Positions 12,475 through 24,648 of a DNA stretch of 64,000 nt are shown here, piece after piece (position 1 is the stretch's first letter; every line of letters begins with the position of its first letter). The DNA comes from Octopus vulgaris (lineage: Eukaryota). The DNA lies in the NCBI GenBank assembly GCA_951406725.2, contig OX597833.1, positions 3,286,001 through 3,350,000 of the forward strand. The letters are read 5' to 3'. The notes under the pieces are model-generated. The model saw nothing but the letters and a program-made list of their open reading frames with translations. It had not been told where the DNA came from and did not search any database. The translations under genes were made by a program, and so were the position numbers.

Positions 12475-12686
12475 GTAATAATAATGAGGATGATGATGAA
12501 CATCCTCATCACAAGAGTAAAAAACAAAAATAACCATGGTAATAAACATTATGAAGCTTCTCATTGCTGTTAATGATAATGTTTGGTAAAATTCAATGAA
12601 ACGTGGATGTTGTGGGGTTTTTTTGTACTACTTTTTAACACCAGGAACATCTACCCTCATATATATGTGTGTGTTTATATATATAC

Positions 12687-12761
<75 letters not shown>

Positions 12762-12762
12762 C

Positions 12763-12793
<31 letters not shown>

Positions 12794-12885
12794 CACACAC
12801 ACACATATATATATATATATATCATCATCATCATCATCATCGTCGTTTAACGTCCGTTCTCCATGCTAACGTTATATATATATAC

Positions 12886-12932
<47 letters not shown>

Positions 12933-12936
12933 TATA

Positions 12937-12989
<53 letters not shown>

Positions 12990-13364
12990 GCATACATATT
13001 TACATATCTATATATATATTTACATATATTTATATGTGCACATACACACATATATATGCTTGTACATATGTAGTTGTTTTTAGCATAGCCGTAAGAATAT
13101 GAATAAATATCACAGAAGTATAACATAATTATGAGGCAAAGAGGAGATAAACAAGTAAATTATATTAGGGGAACCTGAGAGTAATGCTGCATTTCATGTG
13201 ATGAGTTCAAATCAGCATAAAACATCAGCATCAAAAGAGATACATATCCTTTTACAGTGGAATCGGCATTTTTGGTAATAATGCTTTCCTACTTTGAAAT
13301 AATTTTTTTCATTCTTCACGCCCCCAAAAAAGAAAAACAAAACACAGAAAAACAGGGTCTTTAG

Positions 13365-13955
13365 AAGAGAAAATGTTTGGAGAGCTGTTTCAACATCGTT
13401 CCTGCCTCTGAATGTTTTTCCGCTGATGGAGCGTTCAAGTGAACTGAATAAGTGAACATCTGACGAAGCTATGTTTGATGAGGATGGAGGACGAAGCAGA
13501 TCTTCCCAGTCTAATGAATTTATCTTTTACTGGCAGTATCATCCGGCGTTGCCCTTTAGAATTGGAATTTTTGAAAAGTAAAAATTCTGCCTTATGTAGC
13601 TTGTTATTCTCTTTAAGTGAACATTTTTCTGGTTGAAATACACGGCAGTCAAAAAATTGTAAAAAATAAGGATTTTCATAGAAAAAAAAAGCACCTTTTT
13701 GATGTAAATAATTTTTGGCGTTAACATGGTCTGATTTGAATTTTTTGTTCTACGGAAGGAAGAGCAAGCCTTCTTCTATCATACTCTCAATTTTGGTCAA
13801 CTTGCGCCGCAGGGTCTCGGAGGAGATAGTGTTAGTTGAAGGCTACCAAACCTGCCATACACTGAAGACAACTTCAGCTTTATATATAGAGAGATTGGGT
13901 TTCTTTCTTCTCTGAATGTGGCCTTGCATTATCATGTTGCAAGATGGATTCCCTT
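13365..13955 (-). pseudogene. Mariner transposase C-terminal relic interrupted by a Helitron
   Basis: Minus strand reads ILQHDNARPHSEKKETQ [Helitron] *KINSLDWEDLLRPPSSSNIASSDVHLFSSLERSISGKTF. This corresponds to the mariner HDNARPH and HPPYSPDLAPSDYHLF motifs. Confidence 0.8.
13530..13894 (-). mobile_element. Non-autonomous Helitron-like element
   Basis: Reverse complement of the 5977-6363 family. TC start, hairpin remnant, CCAG end, inserted between A and T with no TSD. Confidence 0.78.
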
Positions 13956-13957
13956 TT

Positions 13958-14232
13958 TGTTGTGTGTGTGTGTGTGTGTGTGTGTGTACGTGTGTGTGCG
14001 CATGTATGTATGTGAGTATGTATTTGTGTATTTGTGTTTGTCCCCCAAACATTGCTTGACAACCAATGTTGGTGTGTTTACATCCTCATAACCTAGCAGT
14101 TTGGCAAAAGAGATCAATAGAATAAGTACAAGGCTTACAAAGAATAATTCCTGGGGTCGATTTATTTGACTAAAGGCAGTGCTCCAGCATGGCCGCAGTC
14201 AAATGACTGAGACAAGTAAAAGAGTAAAAGAA
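13958..14232 (+). mobile_element. SINE family A 3' half
   Basis: Runs from tttgtgtttgtccccc to ccagcatggccgcagtcaaatgactga. Confidence 0.85.
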
Positions 14233-14242
14233 TATATATAAG

Positions 14243-14407
14243 AGCAGATGTGGCTGTGTGGAAAGAAGTTTGCTTCTCAACCAGATGGTCCCAGGTTCAG
14301 TTCCACTGTATGACACTTTGGCCATGTGTCTTCTACTGTTGCCCTAAGTCCAACCAAAGCCTTGCAAATGGAATTGCAGAAAGGAAACTGAAGAAGCTTG
14401 TTATATG

Positions 14408-14446
<39 letters not shown>

Positions 14447-14718
14447 ATGTGTGTGTGTGTGTGTATGTCTGTGTGTGTGTGTGTGTGTGTGTGCATATAT
14501 CTCTGTATCTGCGTTTTCCACCACCAGCGCTTGATGGCCAGTGTTGGTGTGTTTATGTCCCTGTAACTTAGCAACCTGGCAAAAGACAACTAATAAAATA
14601 AATACCTGGCTTAAAAAAAGAAAAGGGGTTATGGGGTCAAACTGCACAACTAAAATTCTTCAAGGCAGTGCTCCAGCATGGCCAGAGTCTAATAACTGAA
14701 ACAAGTAAAAGATAAAAG
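14243..14718 (+). mobile_element. SINE family A, diverged full copy
   Basis: Head gtggctgtgtgg...ggttcagttccactg, central (TG)n, tail ccagcatggccagagtctaataactgaaac. Confidence 0.8.
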
Positions 14719-15221
14719 GCAAAAGACACGTAATTCTATCCCTAAAAATTATTAACCATCATGAACGGAACTCAAAAGGAATGTAAATTTTGATTTAATC
14801 CCCTTCTGGCAAATTCTGCTGCCAAACTCGTTCCAAACATGACACACCTTCTTGAAACCATTTCCGTGAAGCTTAGCAAAGAGTGCTGGCATCAGTGCGG
14901 CCCTTGATCTTAATGTTTCTAGTTTGGCCATGTATTCTGGGAGTGGTTCCTTAAATGCCAGTGAAATGATGGCAGGGGGTGGGGGGCGGGGTGATTGTAG
15001 TTTCTCCTCCCTTGTTTGGCTGAAGTCCAGGTCCTGATTGACGAGTGACACAAAACACCATTGTCCCTTGAGATTGGTGGATGCCAAAGAAAAAAATATC
15101 CGTGTGTGTGTGTGTACATACATGCATTCATACATGTATATGTGTGTGTGTGAATATATATCTGTATGGATCTATCTTTAATATATGTATGTATGTCTGT
15201 ACATATGTATGTATGTATGTA

Positions 15222-15320
15222 TAGATAGATAGATAGATAGATAGAGAGAGAGATAGAGAGAGATAGATAGATAAATAGATAGATAAATAGATAGATATAT
15301 AGATTGATAGATAGATAGAT

Positions 15321-15381
<61 letters not shown>

Positions 15382-15615
15382 AAGATAGATAGATAGATAG
15401 TTAGATAGATGATGGATAGATAGATAGATAGATAGATAGATAGACAGATATAGATTGATAGATAGATAGATAAATAGAGAGATAAATAGATAGATAGAAA
15501 AATAGATAGAGAGATAGATAGATAGATAGATAGATAGAGAGATAGATAGATAGATAGATAGATAGAAACACAGATAGACAGACACACAGACAGACAGTCA
15601 GACACACAGACAGAC
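15222..15615. repeat. (GATA)n/(GACA)n microsatellite
   Basis: Direct reading. Confidence 0.95.
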
Positions 15616-15994
15616 AGTGAGCAACAGTCTCTGGAAACGTTCAACCTTTTAGATCATTTCTCTTTCTCAGACAATTCTTTTAACCACTGAAGACAACATG
15701 AACTGAAGCCAGCTAACAATAAATCTTCACCACATGAAAGAAAATATGTCTGCCAGTCATGCAACGAATGGTGTCGTTCTATTGGTCGACTGAAATGTCA
15801 CATGACTGTGCACTGTGCTCTGTGTCATGAACCTCTGCTGGAACAAAGTGAGAAATGATATTTACGCAATGGCTGGGATGAAAGCAGATCTTCATTATCT
15901 GGAGCGAATAGTCATCTTTGTTATGTTGCTTGTTAAGAAAATAATGGTCGTACTAATTATTGCGTTGACTTCCATCGTTATTATCTACATGCAC

Positions 15995-16055
<61 letters not shown>

Positions 16056-16311
16056 TACATACATATGATATATATTTATGCATTATGTATAACTATGTAT
16101 GAGTATATGTGTATGCTTCTGTAGCTGTATTTAGTTGTCAGTCTATCTATCTATCTGTCTGTTTGTCTGTCTGTCTGTCCGACTGTTTGTCTGTCTGTCT
16201 GTCTGCTGGAGATAAAGATTGCTTTTGATATTATTACTGTTTCTGTTGCTACCAATTATATACATATATGTATACACACACACACACACACACAAACACA
16301 CATGTATATAT

Positions 16312-16378
<67 letters not shown>

Positions 16379-16504
16379 TAAATTAGAGATAAAACCACTA
16401 TTAGGCAAATCAAACAATGAAAAACTTAAGCCAATACATAAGATTATTTAATTTATATTATTTAAATATATAACAAAATTATTTAAAAAATATAATCAAT
16501 ATAT

Positions 16505-16568
16505 CACTACGATCGTTTCATGGCTGTTCATTTCTTTAAATTTTCAAGTTACAGTCATTCATCAGGTG
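16505..16568 (-). ncRNA. Type I hammerhead ribozyme motif (intact core)
   Basis: Minus strand: cac CTGATGA atgactgt...acagccat GAAA cgatcg TA gtg. Palindromic stem III ACGATCGT and a GUA triplet. Confidence 0.78.
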
Positions 16569-16606
16569 GTTTAAATATTTATCTTGGCCAAGATAAATAT
16601 TTAAAC

Positions 16607-16670
16607 CACCTGATGAATGACTGTAACTCGAAAATTTTAAGAAATTAACAGCCATGAAACGATCATAGTG
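16607..16670 (+). ncRNA. Mirror hammerhead copy, stem III mutated
   Basis: cac CTGATGA atgactgt...acagccat GAAA cgatca TA gtg, with a G>A change in stem III. Confidence 0.65.
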
Positions 16671-16796
16671 TTATATTGATTATATTTTTTTAATAATTTT
16701 GTTATATATTTAAATAATATAAATTAAATAATCTTATGTATTGGCTTAAGTTTTTCATTGTTTGATTTGCCTAATAGTGGTTTTATCTCTAATTTG

Positions 16797-16850
<54 letters not shown>

Positions 16851-17077
16851 AAGGCTTTCCTATCCCAAAGAGAGAGGAAAGCCTTCTTTATTTTTTCTGT
16901 TGAGGGCTTATATGTCCCTTTATTAGACTATTTTCCTTAGTCATTGCACAATGATTGCCAGAAGCTTTAAGCTTATATAAAAATACCATTATTATTATTT
17001 ACAGGATTGTAAAACACAGTGCAGTATTAAAAAAACCCATTCGCACCAAAATACACACATACATAAAAAAATAAAAT

Positions 17078-17328
17078 AAATGCTCCCTTTTAAAGCCTAG
17101 CCAGGCTCATGGGCCCAGTTTCCCAGTTTCCATGGCGTATGCATTCTCCAGCTGGATGGGACACCAGTCTATCGTAGCGTTACTCATTTTTGGCAGCTGA
17201 GTGGACTGGAGCAACGTGAAACGAAGTGTTTTGCTCAAGAACCCAACGCGTCACCCTGTCCAGGTATCGAAACCACAATCTTACGGTCATGATGCTGACA
17301 CCCTAACCACTAAGCCACGTGCCTCCAC
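17078..17328 (-). mobile_element. tRNA-headed SINE with V-domain-like body
   Basis: Reverse complement gtggaggcacgtggcttagtggttaggg...ttgagcaaaacactt...ctccagtccactcagctg...aaatgagta...gatagactggtgtcccatccag. Confidence 0.75.
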
Positions 17329-17399
17329 ACACAGAGATATATACATATACATATATATATGTATAAAGCTACATGAAACTGAACAGGATTTCAGGATAA

Positions 17400-18720
17400 A
17401 TTGTATAAGTTACCTTCTATGATCATTCAGATAGTTTAGAGGTTTTTCTACTTGCGCCTGTGACTAGGTCCCTAATTGTAGCTGGGAGTTGAAAAAGGAG
17501 TTTCAGTGGATATACACAATTCCCTGTTTGGGCTTTCTGAATGGGTAGTCCTTGCCCAACTGCAGGTCTATGATTTTGTCCAGGAAATTAACCTTTGACA
17601 AAGTAGTAGTGACCATTAAAGATAGGTTGAATTCTTCCTAAATTTGTCTATGGCCTGGCCACTCACATGGATTGAGATTGCCAGGCAGTTGTCCCTATAC
17701 AGAACCAAGCTACTGGGATGTGTGTGCTTCTTTAGTATATCAAGATAAATAACCTGATGAGGTCAGAAACCTTAGCTCCATCACATCTTCCCATAGATAC
17801 ATCAAACAGTGGGTTACCTTCCTTCTTAATCCTGTAGGAACCATCATGAACCATAACTGATTTTGTAGCATTTATCATGATTCTGGTATCAAGGTTGGTG
17901 AGCTGGCAGAAACATTAGCACGCCGGCCAAAATGCGTAGCCGTATTTTGTCTGTCATTACGTTCTGAGTTCAAATTCCGCCGAGGTCGACTTTGCCATTC
18001 ATCCTTTCGGGGTCAATTAAATTAAGTACCAGTTACGCACTGGGGTCGATGTAATGGACTTAAACCCTTTGTCTGTCCTTGTTTGTCCTCTCTGTGTTTA
18101 GCCCCTTGTGGGTAGTAAAGAAATAAGTATTTCGTCTGCCGCTACATTCTGAGTTCAAATTCCGTCGAGGTCGACTTTGCCTTTCATCCTTTCGGGGTCG
18201 ATAAATTAAGTACCAGTTACGCACTGGGGTCGATGTAATCGACTTAATCCCTTTGTCTGTCCTTGTTTGTCCCCTCTGTCTTTAGCCCCTTGTGGGTAGT
18301 AAAGAAATAGATATTGAGTAATTGCCAACCAAAATCTTAAACCTTCAGGAGGAGGGATTTTGATATTGAAGGGTAGAAATCTATGACATCACACTGTGTA
18401 ATCCTGCAGGCTGGTTTATTTTCAATACTGCAGGACCAATGAATTACTGTGGGACTGCAATCCCACTGAATCAACCCCAGGAACCTTCTAATATTGGAAT
18501 TGATAGCATTGACAATATACCTACTGTGCCTATTTTGTTCTTAAGGAGGAGGGGGGGTAATCAGCTTTCATTTAGGATTAGACAGAAAATCGGATTTATG
18601 ATCCTTAAGTGTTATGTATGAGGTATGTGGTACAGGGCAAAATGGTTCACATCATCTTCTATTTTTACAAAGGTGATGAGCGTTTTCAGTTCAGTGTTCA
18701 TGTTGCATGTAAAGATATTT
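17400..18720 (-). pseudogene. Penelope-like element reverse transcriptase relic (stops and frameshifts; split by a SINE dimer)
   Basis: Minus-strand translation gives, in RT order, YITLKDHKSDFLSNPK*KLITP, LIQWDCSPTVIHW..IENK, CDVIDFYPSISKSLL, KKEGNPLFDVSMGRCDGAKVSDLI, LYRDNCLA (YRDD site) and VNFLDKIIDL...PFRKPKQGIVYIH. Confidence 0.85.
17893..18310 (+). mobile_element. SINE family B, head-to-tail dimer
   Basis: ggtgagctggcagaa...gagttcaaattccgccgaggtcgactttgc...aaagaaatag. The second ~184-bp unit lacks the A-box head. Confidence 0.9.
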
Positions 18721-19339
18721 CTTTTACACACATATATACACACACACAAATACAAACACAAACACACTAACACACACACACTCAGAGATACACATACCCA
18801 TACATCCTATGTACATCCACTTCTATCAGCCATAGAACCACAGCCAGTGACGATTGGTTCATCTCCAAGGTATCTGCTGTAAATCCATTAATCTTGTGCA
18901 TTTGTATAGAGACGCAACATGTCAGCACATGTTGCACATAACATGTTTATTCATAAGACCTTAAGTGAATAAATTCTGTCTCATACGAAGGAGATCTATG
19001 GGCCGTGTGTGTGTGTGTATGTGTGTGCATGTACATGCACGTATGTAGCTATATATATAAATCCATGTATACATTTATGCACTATACATTTAATACATGT
19101 GTATGTATATCTATTAATCTAAATACACGCACACACACACACACATGCATGCACACACACACATATATAAATGTATGTGTGTGTGTATTATACGTATATA
19201 TTGATACAAGGACACAGACTCACATACATACATACGGACACACTCAACGATATGATTACAACCAGATAAGAGGTGTAGAACATTAATATTTTTCTAACCG
19301 ATGAAATTATTTGTGTTTCAATTCTGAATGCCAGAACTA

Positions 19340-19367
19340 ATATTAATTATTATTATTATTATTATTA

Positions 19368-19421
<54 letters not shown>

Positions 19422-19978
19422 TTCATTGTTATTATTATTATTAATTATTATTATTAATTATTATTATTATTATTATCATTATTATTATTATCATTATTAT
19501 TATCATCATCAAATATCATGTTGAACATGATGATGATAAGGGTTGCAATTATCGTCATCATCACCGTTATCGTCCTTATCAGCATTGTCATCATCATCGC
19601 TTTTGGCCTCTCATCAGTGGTCTTCATGACAAACAAAAGAAATCATTATCATCTTCATCATCATCATCATCATCACTATCAACAACATCACCACAACCGC
19701 CATCATCGTCATCATCATCCTCCTCTTCTTCTTCCTCCTCCTCCTCATCGTCATCATTATCATCATCGTCATCATCATAATCACCACCACCACCGCCGCC
19801 CGCCACCACCACCACCACCACACCACCACCAACACCACCACCACCACCACCACCACCACCACCACCACTACAACCATCACCACCACCACCACCACCACCA
19901 CCACCACCGCCATGTGCTCACTGTGACAACCTGATTGCCATTGCCAAACTGGGAAATAAATGGAAAATTCTGAACTCT

Positions 19979-20020
<42 letters not shown>

Positions 20021-20181
20021 TTCTTTCTTTCTCTCTCTTTCTCTCTCTCTCTCTTTCTCGCTTCTCTTATATTTTCTCTCTCTCTTCCCATATTATTTTG
20101 GCTTTTAAACACACACACATACACACACACTCACGTATATATCCTTCATACACAAACGCACAAATATATTCACTAACAAAT

Positions 20182-20234
<53 letters not shown>

Positions 20235-20730
20235 TTATGTGTCATTTCTTTCTCACTTAAACACACACACACACACACACACTCAGAGCTTTCTACCAAA
20301 TTGTAGCTTTGCTAAACAAAATATCTACAACCACCACCACCACTACCTCTACTTTTACCATCATCATCAATACCACCACCACCACCACCACCACCATCAT
20401 CATCATCAACACCACTGCTGCCACTACCACTGCTGCCACCACCATCATCATCATCATCATCATAACCACCACCACCACCATCATCATCATCACCACCACC
20501 AAAACCACCACCATCATCATCATCACCACCACCATCATCCTCATCATCACCATCATCACCACCATCACTGCCACCACCACCATCACCACCACCACCATCA
20601 TTATCACCACCACCACCATCACAACCACCATCACCATCATCATCACCACCATCACTGCCACCACCACCATCACCACCACCACCATCACTGCCACCACCAC
20701 CACCACCACCACCGCCGCCACCACCGCCTC
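19340..20730. repeat. Compound microsatellite field: (TTA)n, (CAT/CAC)n, (CT)n, (CA)n
   Basis: Direct reading. Confidence 0.9.
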
Positions 20731-21089
20731 CAAATTCTTCCCAAACCAATTTAACTTTTTCTTTTCCTCTGTCTTCTCTTTCTGCTTTTTATTCCTTTTC
20801 ATTTCTAGTTTCTATAATTTTTTTATTTTTGGCTTTTTATTGTTCAATCCTTTAGATTACATTTGGTTGTTGTTGTTGTTGTTGTTGCCGTTGCTGTTGC
20901 TTCGTCCCTCCCCTCTCCCTCCCCTCACACATATTATCTTTCTTTTTTTTTCTTCTTATTTGTCCATTTATTTATTTGTTTCTTACTTCTGTACTTTAGC
21001 TCCAGGTCGGGATGCAATCATTTTGATCGCTCAGATATACGGCAAATCGTGTGAATAGGGTGCGTGCGTGTGTGTATGCGTGTGTATGC

Positions 21090-21136
<47 letters not shown>

Positions 21137-21184
21137 TTAGCTGCAACAACAGTCGCAATAACAAAAATTCATTGCAAATTTTCT

Positions 21185-21830
21185 CTGTGTGTGTGTGCAT
21201 GTGTGTGTGTGTGTGTGTGCATGTGTGTGTGTGTGCATGTGTGTGTGTGTGTGTATGTGGGTGTGTTAGTGAGACACTTTGCGCATGTGTGTGTATATGT
21301 ATATATGTGCATGTGTATTTTTGCATGAGTCTCTGTGCATGTGTGTGTGTGAGTGTGTGTGTATGTGCATGTGTGTGTTAGTGTGATTGTGTACATGTGT
21401 ATGTGTGTGAGAATGTGTGTGTATATGCATGTGTGTGTTAGTGTGACTCTCTGTGCATGTGTGTGTGAGTGTGTGTGTCTGTGTATATGTTCATGTATGT
21501 GTTGGTGTGGCTCTCTCTGCATGTGTGTGTGTGTATGTGCATGTGTGTGTTAGTGCGACACTCTGTGCATGTGTGTGTGTATGTACATGCGTGTGTTAGT
21601 GTGACTCTCTGTGCATGTGTGTGAGTATGTGTGTGTGTATGTGCATGTGTATGTTAGTGTGACTCTGTGCATGTGTGTGTTGGTATGGGTCTCTGTGCAC
21701 ATGTATGTGTGTATGTGTATGTGTGCATGTGTGTGTTAGTGTCACTCTCTATGCATGTGTGTGTGTGTGTGTGAGTGCATGTCTAAATGCATGTGCATGA
21801 TAGCGTAACTCTCTGTGCATGTATGTGTGT
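21185..21830. repeat. Degenerate (TG)n-derived minisatellite, ~40-bp motif gtgtgttagtgtgactctctgtgcatgtgt
   Basis: The motif recurs about 8-9 times. Confidence 0.7.
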
Positions 21831-22242
21831 GTATGCGTGTCTTTTAGTGTGTCTTTGTACCCATGTGTTTGTGTGTGTCGATATATATACACCACTGTGC
21901 ATGTGTGTATGTGTACGTGCGTGCATGCATGTGTCTATGTGCATGTGTTTGTATGCAACATGATCAGCAGCAGCAACTGCAAAAATGCACAGAAAATTGC
22001 ATATGTCTGTGTGTGTATGTGCAGTTCCATGTGTGTGTGTGTGTGTGAGTAGGCATATGCTAGCGTGTGAATGTGTAGGCATGTGCAACGGTGTGCATGG
22101 TGTTAATGTGCAGTGCATGCAGCAAGAGCATCGCACCTCTAAGAATTATGCACCTATTTAGTTTAGATGAAGCATATTTTGACAAAATATGTATTCAGCT
22201 TACGAATGCACATGTGTGTATGTGTATATAAATATACATACA

Positions 22243-22335
<93 letters not shown>

Positions 22336-22339
22336 ATAG

Positions 22340-22413
<74 letters not shown>

Positions 22414-22459
22414 GTGTATGAATAAATGTGTATATATCTATATACATTTATATTTATAT

Positions 22460-23201
22460 GTGCAAGAGAGACGATTGCGCTGGTATGGTCATGTGGCAAG
22501 AATGGATGAAGATAGGTGTGTGAGAAAGTGCCAATCCCTAGCAGTTGAGGGAACCCGTGGAAGAGGTAGACCCAGGAAAACCTGGGACGAGGTGGTGAAG
22601 CACGACCTTCGAACGTTAGGTCTCACCATGGAATTGACTAGAGACCGAGACCTATGGAAGTATGCTGTGCGTGAGAAGACCCGACAAGACTAGTGAAGCC
22701 ATAACCTGTGGCCCCTACCTGGGACGTAGTCAGTCCACCTGTGCATACCTTCCTCCTTGTGACACTTGTGAAGACCTGTTGAGGCAAGTGAAAATCAAAA
22801 TCAAAATCAAAATCAAAATCAAATCAAATCAAACCAAATAAAAATAGATGAACGTCAATGGAATTTGTATCCTTGTGGGTGGCACATAAGAAAACCATCC
22901 GAACGTGACCGTATTCAGTACCGCATCGACTAGCCTCCGTGCTGTGGGCACGTAATAAACAACATCCGAGCGTGGCCGTTCGCCAGCCTCGTCTGGCACC
23001 TGTGTCGGTGGCACATAAAAACACCCACTACACTCTCGGAGTGGTTGGCGTTAGGAAGGGCATCCGGCTGTAGAAACACTGCCAGATCTGACTGGCCTGG
23101 TGCAGCCTTTGAGCTTGCCAGACCCCAGTTGAACCGTCCAACCCATGCTAGCATGGAAAGCGGACGTTAAATGATGATGATGATAATGATGATGATGATG
23201 A
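22460..23201 (+). mobile_element. 5'-truncated RTE-clade LINE: ORF C-terminus, 3' UTR and (GAT)n tail
   Basis: [50 protein letters not shown]...DRDLWK...* (stop 22691-22693) is a typical RTE C-terminus. Confidence 0.9.
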
Positions 23202-23389
23202 TATATATATATATATATATATATAGCATAATTAAATCTCAGAATGAGATTGAAACAGTAATCGCTCGATAATGCAAAGTATAGAAGCCATCTTATCATG
23301 GCTAACCACATTGGGGAGAGGGTGTTACTGTAGCTTTATAGCCCCAAGAGATCTTCGTCTCAAGCTGGCTTTAGACACAATATCAGTGT

Positions 23390-23531
23390 CCCGGGACTTA
23401 TTCTTTTGTAAGCCCTGTACTTATTCTATCAGTCTTTTTTGCCAAACCACTAAGTAACGGGGACATAAACACACCAGCATCGGTTGTCAAGCAATGCTAG
23501 GGGGACAAACACAGACGCACAAGCACACACA

Positions 23532-23587
<56 letters not shown>

Positions 23588-23753
23588 TACGATGGGCTTC
23601 TTTCAGTTTCTGTCTACCAAATCCACTCACAAGGCTTTGGTTGGCCCGAGGCTATAGTAGAAGTCACTTGCCCAAGGTGCCATGCAGTGGGACTGAACCC
23701 GGAACCATGTGGTTGGTAAACAAGCTACTTTCCACATAGCCACTCCTGCGCCT
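23390..23753 (-). mobile_element. SINE family A (3' end missing)
   Basis: Match to the family consensus. Confidence 0.85.
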
Positions 23754-24204
23754 ATAGGAAATTAGTTTAGTATAGTTTAGAATAACTATATGCAGTGAAA
23801 AAATTGAAGAAAGATTTGAACTAACACAGAATTGATCTGCACACAGTGAAAAATATATAAATTCTACTGAAAAAATATTCTGAAGAAAAAAATGTCTGAT
23901 AAAACTGGAAACACAGAACTGAAATACACACAGTGAACAATAAAAAAAGTCCATGTGACGGATTTTAGTCAGGTTGTTATGTGTTAGCAGTGCTACAAGT
24001 AAACAATGTAGACTGGTACTACCTGCGGCATTGTGAAGAGAAAAATAATTCTGAGTGGAAGAAAAAATTAAAATGACATATAAGTATGAGTGTGTGTGTG
24101 TGTGTGTGTTTTTGAGTGTGTTTGTCCCCCTAATATTGCTTGATGACCGATGTTGGTGCAATTATGTCCCCATACACACACACACACATACACACACTCA
24201 CACA

Positions 24205-24246
<42 letters not shown>

Positions 24247-24249
<3 letters not shown>

Positions 24250-24461
24250 GGGTTGCTGAAAAGTTCCTGGCTTTAAGGAAATCGCAAAAGGCTAGGCTGG
24301 AGGCCCAACCTTTCACACTCTTTCACAAGGATGAGAAAAACTGAAGGGCCACTGCAATAAATATGTGAATCTATGAGCGGAATATGTTGAATAAAATCAT
24401 AATTAACTGATCCTCCTGTATTTTCTTTTACCCAGAGTCAAGAACTTTCCAATGCCCCTCA
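24247..24461. mobile_element. Tc1/mariner-type MITE
   Basis: Imperfect TIRs tg(a/t)ggg(g)ttgctgaaaagttc / gaactttccaatgcccctca followed by TA. A second copy lies inverted at 46544-46761. Confidence 0.65.
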
Positions 24462-24509
24462 TATATACATCATCATCATCATCATCGTTTAACAGCCACC
24501 TTCCATGCT

Positions 24510-24608
<99 letters not shown>

Positions 24609-24648
24609 CCACTCCTGCACCTATATATATATATATATATATATATAA

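Larger units (their letters stand above)
16372..16803. repeat. Near-perfect ~430-bp palindrome (zero spacer, centre 16587/16588) in (TA)n
   Basis: Arms are reverse complements with few mismatches. Centre is atcttgg|ccaagat. Confidence 0.93.

Noticed and set aside
17752-17778. CTGATGA-ggtca-GAAA hammerhead-like string
   Set aside because: No stem II or convincing stem III; it is the antisense of the Penelope RT coding sequence (VSDLIR).
22975-23030. HDV-like ribozyme in the RTE module (gcc-agcctcgtct-ggc)
   Set aside because: It resembles P3/L3 only; no P1 partner or J4/2-P2 arrangement was found.
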